This document shows positions 37,710-45,956 of a DNA stretch of 54,341 nucleotides, in pieces. Position 1 is the first letter of the stretch; the number at the start of each line of letters is the position of its first letter. A program made the position numbers and the translations under genes. The notes under the pieces are model-generated. The model worked only from the letters and a program-made list of their open reading frames with translations. It searched no databases and had not been told where the DNA came from. This DNA is from a virus (lineage: Duplodnaviria; Caudoviricetes). Location of the stretch: the IMG/VR virus record IMGVR_UViG_3300021959_005230, positions 1-54,341 of that record. One strand, 5' to 3'.

Positions 37710-37737
37710 ATTATACATTGGTATTAGGATTTGTCAA
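37710..37737 (-). promoter_or_regulatory. Sigma70-like promoter TTGACA-16-TATAAT for the TonB-dependent receptor
   Basis: Read directly; AGGAGA SD downstream. Confidence 0.7.
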
Positions 37738-37746
37738 GAGTTTTAT

Positions 37747-37840
37747 ATAAGAAACCCCCAAATAAATTTGGGGGCTAATCGTGTTCAAAGTGGGAGGGTT
37801 CTGAACACTAGGGGGAACCCTTAAAATATTATTAAGGGCT
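37747..37840 (-). other. Structured 3' UTR: three hairpins, the last an intrinsic terminator
   Basis: CCCTTAA/TTAAGGG (37818-37838), GTGTTCA/TGAACAC (37781-37808), and CCCCCAAA/TTTGGGGG (37755-37774) followed by UUUCUUAU on the minus strand. Confidence 0.7.
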
Positions 37841-37857
37841 CTTAACCGTATGAGGTA

Positions 37858-38883
37858 TTATTGAAAACTCCTCATACAAGTTGATCTTGATAATCCTTTC
37901 CAGTTATCATAATTCATTTTGGCCAAGTCTGCAATCTTAAGGACCATCCTTAATGATATCTCTCTTAACCTACCTGCGTTCTCATGCATAAAGTCTACAA
38001 TCTCCTTTTCAAACTCTTTGCTGAACCCATATTCTTTAAGCATACCATCTCTAATGATTTGATCGATTCTTAAAAACTTATCGTCTACTGAATCCATTTC
38101 TAAATCAATATAGTGACATCTACTCATTAGTGCCGCTAAATGGTCTTTAATCTTTTTACTTCTAACATTCTCAAAATTAACGTTAGTAATAAAAATTACA
38201 CCACCTTTAAAGTCAAACCTATCAGGTATTCCTTCTCTTCTTAGTGCGGAAGATTCTGCTTTCCAACTAATTGTTCTTTTCTTGCCTGAGTCTAAAACTG
38301 CTTTAAGCATATTAAGACAAACTTCATCAAATAGTACACTATCACAATCATCAAATACAAGTATGTCACCTGCCGCACTATTATTAAATAGTGTTTGATA
38401 TAAACCAATTGGTGTCATCGAGCCTTTAACAATTTCTGTTTTTACTGCTCCACCAATTTTTGCCATTGCGTCATATTCTTCAAGTATAGTCTCAACACCA
38501 AAACTTTTACCTACTCCTGGAGGGCCACTTACAATAAGTCCTCTAACAACACCGTTTGCTACAGCATCAGTCATTTCATCCAGGATACTAAATCTCTCAG
38601 CAATTCTATCCATTGCTTGTTTTTTAGATTCCTTTTTCTGTTTAGGCTTCATGTTTTCAGGTATAAAGTTATTGTACTCTTGCTCTGTTGCAGGTACAAC
38701 TTCACTTGGTGAATCAACTAGTACTCTAATTTTTGTGAACTCGGCTCCCATTAAAGCAGTTGCATCAACTGTTACAAATGCTCCACGTTTACCAAATGTT
38801 ACCCCTTTGAGTAAAGGGAATACTGCGTCTGTGACTGGCTTACTTCTGTGTACGCCATTTTTTATTTTAACAAAGTCTCTCAT
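37858..38883 (-). CDS. AAA+ ATPase
   Basis: GPPGVGKS (Walker A), LVFDDCD (Walker B), FITN (sensor 1) and SRC (Arg finger). Confidence 0.85.
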   Translation of the reverse strand: MRDFVKIKNGVHRSKPVTDAVFPLLKGVTFGKRGAFVTVDATALMGAEFTKIRVLVDSPSEVVPATEQEYNNFIPENMKPKQKKESKKQAMDRIAERFSILDEMTDAVANGVVRGLIVSGPPGVGKSFGVETILEEYDAMAKIGGAVKTEIVKGSMTPIGLYQTLFNNSAAGDILVFDDCDSVLFDEVCLNMLKAVLDSGKKRTISWKAESSALRREGIPDRFDFKGGVIFITNVNFENVRSKKIKDHLAALMSRCHYIDLEMDSVDDKFLRIDQIIRDGMLKEYGFSKEFEKEIVDFMHENAGRLREISLRMVLKIADLAKMNYDNWKGLSRSTCMRSFQ

Positions 38884-38922
38884 ATATTGCCTCCCAGCAC
38901 TTTATTTTTAAACTATAAGTAT

Positions 38923-38950
38923 AGTATAACAGTTTTTTTATTAATGTCAA
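38923..38950 (-). promoter_or_regulatory. Sigma70-like promoter TTGACA-16-TATACT with extended -10 TGn
   Basis: Read directly from the sequence. Confidence 0.7.
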
Positions 38951-38960
38951 GCATTAAATA

Positions 38961-39131
38961 TTAAAAACCGTAAATAATTCCATTACCAACCCAGTAAATG
39001 AATAAAAGAGGCCATACTGTATTAATTATTCCCCAAATAAATCCATCTTCGTTAAAAAAAAGATTTTTAAAAAGAAATACAAGGACATTTAGTATTACAC
39101 CTAAAATAAATAATCCTGCCAAATAATACAT
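38961..39131 (-). CDS. 56-aa hydrophobic membrane protein (not in ORF track)
   Basis: MYYLAGLFILGVILNVLVFLFKNLFFNEDGFIWGIINTVWPLLFIYWVGNGIIYGF; AAGGAG SD and its own promoter. Confidence 0.75.
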   Translation of the reverse strand: MYYLAGLFILGVILNVLVFLFKNLFFNEDGFIWGIINTVWPLLFIYWVGNGIIYGF

Positions 39132-39160
39132 ATCTTTTACTCCTTACTATATATACTACT

Positions 39161-39188
39161 AGTATAGCAAAAAACTGTAATTTGTCAA
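39161..39188 (-). promoter_or_regulatory. Sigma70-like promoter TTGACA-16-TATACT with extended -10 TGn
   Basis: Read directly; closely resembles the 38923-38950 promoter. Confidence 0.7.
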
Positions 39189-39193
39189 GTGTT

Positions 39194-40339
39194 TTAGATA
39201 GTGATATCAAGCAGAACTGCTTGATTATGTTTAAGTATTGGCATCATATCCCAATACATGTCGTGTAAGTCTTCTAGTGATCTGGAACCTAAGTCTGTTA
39301 ATATATCCATTATTGCATCTAGTTTACGTTCTCCATTTAAATGGTCATAGTCTTCGTCCCAATAATCACTAAATGTTTTAAAGCCAATACTTTGTAAATG
39401 TTCTAAGGTGCCTGATGCTCCGTATATTATTTGCGGATGTAGGTTAAGCATAGGCCTTGTAATTTTTTCTGTTAGAAACATTTCCTTATGGAAACTTCTA
39501 AAATAGTCATTTACTTTGTCGTCCCAATGATAATCACATAAGTCATGTGACTCTGAACTTTCTGTAGTGACAGTAAAATAACAATCCTCATAAAGATATC
39601 TAAAGTCGCCTACTTTATTCCAATCTAATCCATCTACTTCAGGATAACTTTCAAATATTTTATCATAAATTTTGTCCCAATCGCCTGATAAATCAAACTG
39701 TATGGGTAATTGTTGTTTAAATTCTGGCGTAAGTAAGTCTGCCCATTTGCTATGTTTTAATATAGGATCATCAGGACTTGGATTTAAAAGTTCTGGATAT
39801 GCATGAAAACTAGTATAAGTATTTTCAGTATCTATTAAACCATTTTTTTCCATTGCCAACATAAACATTAACCTGTGTGGCATAATATTTGCATTTAAAC
39901 AATTATATTTTTTACTTCTTAATTTTGTTGGTGCCTCTTTTGTATAAATTAATTTGTCGTAATATCCACTATTTGTTCTGTACAAGTAGAGTCCAAAGCA
40001 TTCACTCACTACATTTATTTTGTCTGGTGTGTCTGAGTAAAGACTGTGCCAGTTATCATAACTTTCTTGTAATTTTTCGTTTGAGCCTTTGTATGTGATG
40101 TCAGATAAATTTACATTATACTTTTTACCAAAGTCGTGTATTGCTTTGTAAAAGATACTGCCATCTATTAGCCACATTGTGCCTTCACAAGTATAATTAA
40201 AAACAATTTTTACAGGCTCATCAGGATTTGACTGCCTAAAACTTTGAAAGTTTTGTGTTAGTGTTTCTGTGAAATTTTCCCAACTATGCCAAGTTCTTTC
40301 TTGGCATTGTAGTAAATCGTATTCAAATGTTTTTATCAT
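39194..40339 (-). CDS. Glycosyltransferase-like protein
   Basis: FTVTTES...FLTEKITRP...HP..IYG...L..L...GFKTF...WDEDYD C-terminal pattern (GT-B/GT10-like). Confidence 0.55.
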   Translation of the reverse strand: MIKTFEYDLLQCQERTWHSWENFTETLTQNFQSFRQSNPDEPVKIVFNYTCEGTMWLIDGSIFYKAIHDFGKKYNVNLSDITYKGSNEKLQESYDNWHSLYSDTPDKINVVSECFGLYLYRTNSGYYDKLIYTKEAPTKLRSKKYNCLNANIMPHRLMFMLAMEKNGLIDTENTYTSFHAYPELLNPSPDDPILKHSKWADLLTPEFKQQLPIQFDLSGDWDKIYDKIFESYPEVDGLDWNKVGDFRYLYEDCYFTVTTESSESHDLCDYHWDDKVNDYFRSFHKEMFLTEKITRPMLNLHPQIIYGASGTLEHLQSIGFKTFSDYWDEDYDHLNGERKLDAIMDILTDLGSRSLEDLHDMYWDMMPILKHNQAVLLDITI

Positions 40340-40800
40340 TAATCAATTACTATGTCTTCCATACCTGCAGTTCTGAGTCTTGTGATGTGGCCAATTTGCC
40401 ATTGTTTTGTATCAAGACCTTTCATTATGCCCAAGTATTTGTTTCTTAAAAGACTGAATTGATTTACTAAGTGAGATAAATCTATTACTGATTGCTCACC
40501 GTCTACAAACTTGTCAGCATCTCTACTGCTTAAAGTTCTATTATAATTTTCTAAATACTTTCTAAACACTTTAGAACGTTCTCTACGAAGTTCTATATTT
40601 AAATGTTCAAGTATTGCTTCAATCTCTTGTAGTTGATTGAAGCGAAACTCTGTAAGACCTGGAAGGGAGGAGGAGGCTTTCTCCAAACTCCCTTTAATCT
40701 TGACTTCCCATCTGGCTTCATTAAGTTCTTTATCGTAATATTCTATCGCTGGAACGATATTACTTAGGTCCTTAACAATGTTATTATAATGGGTAGCCAT
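40339..40800 (-). CDS. uvsY: Recombination mediator UvsY-like
   Basis: YLENYNRTLSSRDADKFVDGE...KGLDTKQWQI...LRTAG; located next to uvsX. Confidence 0.75.
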   Translation of the reverse strand: MATHYNNIVKDLSNIVPAIEYYDKELNEARWEVKIKGSLEKASSSLPGLTEFRFNQLQEIEAILEHLNIELRRERSKVFRKYLENYNRTLSSRDADKFVDGEQSVIDLSHLVNQFSLLRNKYLGIMKGLDTKQWQIGHITRLRTAGMEDIVID

Positions 40801-40803
40801 TGC

Positions 40804-41037
40804 TTAATTCCAGTCCTCTTCGTCGTCCTCGTCTTCGAGGCCAATGTCAAAATGACTTACTAATGCGGCTTTCATAACTTGATCGAATTCGTTGATATGA
40901 TCCTCTGCTTCTGATATACTTACGTTATCTTCAAAGGTTCTAACAAGTTCTTCTGCTACATGCAGTCTTTCTTTTGCTGGGATAAACGATTTAACCGTGT
41001 CCCAGGCGTCTAATAGTAGTGCTGTTTCAGGACTCAT
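40804..41037 (-). CDS. Small acidic hypothetical protein
   Basis: Intact ORF between uvsX and uvsY. Confidence 0.65.
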   Translation of the reverse strand: MSPETALLLDAWDTVKSFIPAKERLHVAEELVRTFEDNVSISEAEDHINEFDQVMKAALVSHFDIGLEDEDDEEDWN

Positions 41038-42133
41038 CTGTATAATCCTCCATGTTTGGCTCTAATAATTCAGGGTCAATATCTTCAGTAACATCGTCTA
41101 ATGCTACAGGATTTTGTCCCCACTCATCTAAAATTACCTGAAGTTTGTCATTTGTCCAGCCTTTCCTGAACTCTTTAATAACTTCTCCAGTTACTGGGGA
41201 AACGTATTCTAGTTTGTTACCAGTTTTTTGTACTATGCCTTTTTGCTCTAGCATTTCCAACATACCACTATAAGGGTCCATTCCTGTTTCGTATGGAATC
41301 TTAATCTGCACACCTTCAAAAGGTTTGCTATATCTAGACTTCATTACTTTACAGGCGGCTCTTATACCTTGTACTGTGGAAACTTTGTTTCCTGCTTCGT
41401 CCTCTTTTAGTTTAAGTTTTTTAATTGCTACAACAATACTTGATGCATATATAAATCCTTGTCCGCCTGATATCTTATCGTCAGGGTCAAACATATCTTG
41501 TGATGCATAAGTATGGTTTGTTGCTACTATTCCAATTGGATATGGTGCAATCTGGTTAACGGTGTTTCTAACTAAAGACGCTAACGCCTTAGGTTTTCTA
41601 CCCATATCACCTTTCATATCACCTTTCTCAAATTGTGCTACGTCAGTTGGTGTTAATAACATTCCCAAACTATCTACTACAAATAACAACTTGGGCATGT
41701 CATCATACTCCATGTCGCCATAGTTATTTTTATAGTCTTTCATAAATTCACTCAGTGCTTTCGCAACATCGTCAACCATTGAAACACTAATCTTTAATAG
41801 TTTTTCTGGGCTTGTGTCTACATCTAATGCCTGTAGCCATTGCTCGTCCAATGCATTTTCAGAGTCAAATAAAACTACCTGACATCCTTTTTCTTGTGCA
41901 TTTTTTACAATGTTTCCAGAACATATAAATGATTTACCAGAACCTGATTCACCTGCAAACACACTTACTTTACCTAATGGAATACCTCCATTGAAGTCTC
42001 CACTAATTAAGTAATCAAGTGTTTTGTTACCAGTGCTGACCCAATCTCTTGGGTCATGAAAGCCGGCACTAATACCTGTTATGCTTTTGGTCAGTCCAGT
42101 TCTGAACTTTGTTAAGTCAAAAGGTTTTTGCAT
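41027..42133 (-). CDS. uvsX: RecA-family recombinase UvsX-like
   Basis: GESGSGKS, DSENALD, VVDSLG, TNHTY and SGGQG..YASS. Confidence 0.92.
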   Translation of the reverse strand: MQKPFDLTKFRTGLTKSITGISAGFHDPRDWVSTGNKTLDYLISGDFNGGIPLGKVSVFAGESGSGKSFICSGNIVKNAQEKGCQVVLFDSENALDEQWLQALDVDTSPEKLLKISVSMVDDVAKALSEFMKDYKNNYGDMEYDDMPKLLFVVDSLGMLLTPTDVAQFEKGDMKGDMGRKPKALASLVRNTVNQIAPYPIGIVATNHTYASQDMFDPDDKISGGQGFIYASSIVVAIKKLKLKEDEAGNKVSTVQGIRAACKVMKSRYSKPFEGVQIKIPYETGMDPYSGMLEMLEQKGIVQKTGNKLEYVSPVTGEVIKEFRKGWTNDKLQVILDEWGQNPVALDDVTEDIDPELLEPNMEDYTDES

Positions 42134-42142
42134 GTTATCTCC

Positions 42143-43171
42143 TTAACTAGATTGTCTGTTTCTAATCATGTTAAGAATATCATCTGCTGACTTCTTACCG
42201 CCTTCTCCGCCTTCTGCTGGTGCAGTTGCTACTGGTTCAGCCACTGGTGCTGGTGCAGTCTCTACTACTGGTGCAGTTGCTTCTGCTACTGCTGGTGCTG
42301 GTGCACTTACAGGAGCCACACTCGCTGTTGGAGTTGCTGGTACAGTTTGAGCTGGAGCCACAGTTGCCTGTGTTTGTGTTCCAACATCAAGTCCATAGGG
42401 TTTGTAAAACTGACCCCATTTTGCAGGATCATATAACTCACCATTTACACTTGCTTCAAACATTTCTGCAATCGCCTGTACACCTTCTGGTGTTGGCTTT
42501 GCTGGAAGGAAGTCATTTAGGTTGTGTAAACCATGTGTGTCGATAGCCGCTAAGTTTTCTTCTGTTAGAGCAGTTTCTTTTCTTGCCCATTTAGAAGTAC
42601 TATAATCAGCATACTGTCCTTTTGTTGTTTTTGCTAATCTAAAATCAGTACCTGCTACATAGTCTGTTGGAAGGTTTTCCATGTCAGGATCCATGAGTGC
42701 TGATTTGATTATATTAAATATTTGCGGTCCAATCACAAAACGTCTTACTGGATTTTCAGGACTTTCTTCATTTAGTGGATTTTCATTAACAAATCCTTGG
42801 AAGATGTAACTTCTTTTTTTCCAATATTTACGTCCCATATCCTCTAATGAAGGATCTTTAAACCAAGGTCTTACCTCAGTTAATACCGGACATGTTTCAC
42901 CAGCAAACATTTCCATGCAAGGAACTTGTACTGTTGTTGGCTTTTGTTCGCCTCCAACAATTCCTGGGAATGTTAGTCTGATCATTTGTCGTTCAACCCA
43001 AAAGAACGTGTTGTTTGGATCTGAGTCAGGTAAGAACCTTAATACGGTGCTTGTGCCTTCGTCGATATTCCAAAAGGGGTATATTGCTTTGTCGCCTTGA
43101 GCTGGGGAACTACTGCCGGGTTTTGATTCCATTGATTGTAGTTTAGCTCTGATTTCTTGTAAAGATGCCAT
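42143..43171 (-). CDS. Single-stranded DNA-binding protein (T4 gp32-like)
   Basis: LRFLPD, C...CPV, YWKKRSY and G.DFRL.K...YADYSTSKW; Ala/Pro linker and ADDILNMIR tail. Confidence 0.88.
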   Translation of the reverse strand: MASLQEIRAKLQSMESKPGSSSPAQGDKAIYPFWNIDEGTSTVLRFLPDSDPNNTFFWVERQMIRLTFPGIVGGEQKPTTVQVPCMEMFAGETCPVLTEVRPWFKDPSLEDMGRKYWKKRSYIFQGFVNENPLNEESPENPVRRFVIGPQIFNIIKSALMDPDMENLPTDYVAGTDFRLAKTTKGQYADYSTSKWARKETALTEENLAAIDTHGLHNLNDFLPAKPTPEGVQAIAEMFEASVNGELYDPAKWGQFYKPYGLDVGTQTQATVAPAQTVPATPTASVAPVSAPAPAVAEATAPVVETAPAPVAEPVATAPAEGGEGGKKSADDILNMIRNRQSS

Positions 43172-43200
43172 AATGTTTTCTCCTTATATGTGCCATGTTT

Positions 43201-43266
43201 GTAATACCTTCTGTGTTTAGGGTATTACTTGTTTATTATTATAATGCCATGATGCAAAAAAGTCAA
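43201..43266 (-). promoter_or_regulatory. Sigma70-like promoter TTGACT-17-TATAAT (43238-43266) with leader hairpin GTAATACC/GGTATTAC (43201-43228)
   Basis: Read directly; an additional late motif lies at 43319-43326. Confidence 0.7.
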
Positions 43267-43340
43267 GTACTTTTTTACAACTATTGGAAAATAAATTACT
43301 TTATTGTTCCAACAAATTTATTTATCTATAAACTATAAAA

Positions 43341-45275
43341 CTAGTCTACAAAACGGTCCATAAATGCTTCATATGATTCTTCCATTGACATAGGAGCACT
43401 TTGTTGTACATTGTGTTGACCTGCACTTAGTAAACAACTTTTAACTGCGCCATACTCGAATTGGCTAAGTTGTCCACCAGCATTAAGTTTATTACTAATG
43501 CTATGTAAATAATTTCCTAAAGTCTCATCTTTTGCTGTATTTCCTAATGTGCTAACTTTATGACCTAATTGTTGACCAAGGTTTTCAAATTCCATTACGT
43601 CATCTTCTGCTAACATGTTTTTAATACCTGCAAATGTTTCCGACTCTATTGCTGTTTTAATTTTACTTTCAAAACTATTTTTTCTGCTAGACATTGCTTT
43701 AAGACTATCCATTGCGTTAGCAACTTTGTCGTCAAAATGCGTTTCTGTAAATCTGCTTTCTAAGTCTAAGTCGTCTTGTAGTAATTCTACGTTGTTATAA
43801 TCTCTTACACTTTCTACTGCGTTTACATAAGATTTAACACCACTTAATCTTTTAAATGTAGTTTTGATATTGTTTATATTCTCTATTGCTAATGATACAA
43901 ACTCTTGGTTTTCTTCATTAACTAGGTTTGCCTTGCGTACATAACCTACAAATTCTTTTAATTTTGTAAACTCTCTTGTCATTTCAGTAATTGCTTCACC
44001 AATTTCATCAAAAGTTTCTCCGCCATTATGCAAATGTCTTGCCATTGCTCTTGCGGCTGACAGATTGTTTTCTGCCATTTTAAATTTCTCTTCTCCACGT
44101 TGTATTAATATACTGTGAATGTTTCTGCTTCTAGCACCACGAACTTCTTCGTTTACATCTTTGTTATGTCTTACGATAATTTTTACATTGTCTGCTAGTG
44201 GTTGGTAACTGGACTTTCTACTACCAGTCATTTTACCTAAACTTGCTTCAGATATATTTGAACCTGCTTTACATCTATTAACATATGAATTGTAATCCAT
44301 TTGTTGATCTTCTGCTGAACGTTTCATTGGATGCCCTGTTTCCATTTCTGTCTCTTTTCTCCAATCTGAAAAACTTAGTGGACTACCATCGCTATAAACT
44401 GTACAACCGTTTACCGTTTTTGTAGAGGCTTCCATTTGAACAGATTCATCGTTAATTGGCATACTTTGATCTCTATCAAATCCTAACTGCATAGCCTGTT
44501 TTGCCTGTACTATTGCCGATTTAGGATCTTCACCATTAACTTTATGCAATTTATATGCCTTGTCAATAATAATTTGACCAGTTTTGTCTGCTGGGTTTTT
44601 TGGGAAGATCACAGGATCATTACCAAATAGTTTTCCTACCTGTAAATAAAACTGTGCCATATCTTGTGCAGGAGAATTAAAATTAATTTTTTGGTTACTA
44701 TCTTGACCAAATTTAAATTTACTTCCTGGAGGATTTTTTAGTGGCATTTCTACTTCGTCAATTGATGCTTCTGCAATTTTACCGTCATCACAATTATCAC
44801 AACCTTTAGCATCACAATCATCACATAATTCACAATTACAATCTGCCATGTCTTTATCACATGCAGTACAATTATCTTTAGTGTTTTCTTCTAGTCCTGC
44901 TAGTTTCATTAATATTTTCATATCTTCTGACATTATACCATCCTCTTTACTTTTTTTAGCAACATCCACTTTTTCACCTTTGGGCTTAATTTGTTTATCA
45001 AATACAGAATAGTCAAAGTCTAACAAATAATCCTGTGCTAATTCTTTAAGCATAGGTCTAATTTTTTCTATAGACTCACCTGGTGTACCTGTTTTTAAAC
45101 TTAAATGTTTATCATGTGGGTCAATTCTAACTAATATGTTAGGAGACTCCACAGCAAAACGTGTGGCTTCCATAGGGTCAATAACAAGATCGCCTTCTTT
45201 ATTATAACTGCTGACTTCATATCCGAAGCCTTTAAGCAAGTTAAACGTTCTTTCTGCTACCAATTTAATATTCAT
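43341..45275 (-). CDS. Large late hypothetical protein (probably head-associated) with Cys-rich insert
   Basis: Leaderless late promoter; internal IAE-A and ISE-A sites; KLAGL motif. Confidence 0.65.
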   Translation of the reverse strand: MNIKLVAERTFNLLKGFGYEVSSYNKEGDLVIDPMEATRFAVESPNILVRIDPHDKHLSLKTGTPGESIEKIRPMLKELAQDYLLDFDYSVFDKQIKPKGEKVDVAKKSKEDGIMSEDMKILMKLAGLEENTKDNCTACDKDMADCNCELCDDCDAKGCDNCDDGKIAEASIDEVEMPLKNPPGSKFKFGQDSNQKINFNSPAQDMAQFYLQVGKLFGNDPVIFPKNPADKTGQIIIDKAYKLHKVNGEDPKSAIVQAKQAMQLGFDRDQSMPINDESVQMEASTKTVNGCTVYSDGSPLSFSDWRKETEMETGHPMKRSAEDQQMDYNSYVNRCKAGSNISEASLGKMTGSRKSSYQPLADNVKIIVRHNKDVNEEVRGARSRNIHSILIQRGEEKFKMAENNLSAARAMARHLHNGGETFDEIGEAITEMTREFTKLKEFVGYVRKANLVNEENQEFVSLAIENINNIKTTFKRLSGVKSYVNAVESVRDYNNVELLQDDLDLESRFTETHFDDKVANAMDSLKAMSSRKNSFESKIKTAIESETFAGIKNMLAEDDVMEFENLGQQLGHKVSTLGNTAKDETLGNYLHSISNKLNAGGQLSQFEYGAVKSCLLSAGQHNVQQSAPMSMEESYEAFMDRFVD

Positions 45276-45293
45276 ATGTCTATTTATCTATTC

Positions 45294-45956
45294 TTACACT
45301 CTTACCCATAAGTTGTTTAAAACTTTCCTAACATTTTTAACATTGTTTTCTATGTTTAATATAATCCAATAACTAGGATTACCTCCACCATTAAACAAAT
45401 AATGCTCTTTTGTGGTGTCTGCAAAGTAAACAAACCCACTATCCCAATTGGTTATCTTGCCGTCAATTACAAAATTAAAGTAAGGTGCATTAGTGTATTG
45501 TAATGGTACTATAAGCCTAAAACTATCTATAAACGGCTCTTTATGGTCTCTGTGAGGAGGAAAAAAGCCTCCAGGATCTAACCTTAATAAGTGTGATCTA
45601 AATACACTATCGCCAAATTCATCTAGAATATTTTTTAATTCAGGATATTCTGCTACAGGTGTTCTAGTTTTAAAATCCTTTTCATTATAATTTGTTTCAT
45701 TTTCCTGATTATATTCTCTTAAACTATCTAAATCAGGAATGCCGTCAACACCGCCATTTAAACTTGTAATACTTAATCCATATCTATTAATCTGTTTTCT
45801 AGGATTATATTGTACCCATTTATGATTTGCATATACCCAGTCTAAAAAATTATCAGGATTTATATAAAATCTTGTTTTTAATTGCTGGCCGTACAATGCC
45901 ATGCTTTGGTATGCCGAATTATTATTTAATCTGTCTGTTTGTGTTTGCTTTTTCAT
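45294..45956 (-). CDS. 2OG-Fe(II) dioxygenase, Asp/Asn beta-hydroxylase-like
   Basis: LDPGGFFPPHRD (HxD), RLIVPL, and distal His in DTTKEHYLFN. Confidence 0.75.
   Translation of the reverse strand: MKKQTQTDRLNNNSAYQSMALYGQQLKTRFYINPDNFLDWVYANHKWVQYNPRKQINRYGLSITSLNGGVDGIPDLDSLREYNQENETNYNEKDFKTRTPVAEYPELKNILDEFGDSVFRSHLLRLDPGGFFPPHRDHKEPFIDSFRLIVPLQYTNAPYFNFVIDGKITNWDSGFVYFADTTKEHYLFNGGGNPSYWIILNIENNVKNVRKVLNNLWVRV

Noticed and set aside
37660-37850. Possible cobalamin riboswitch or tRNA upstream of the TonB receptor
   Set aside because: The promoter lies only about 50 nt from the start, the hairpins are upstream of that promoter, and no B12 box or tRNA T-loop/cloverleaf is visible.
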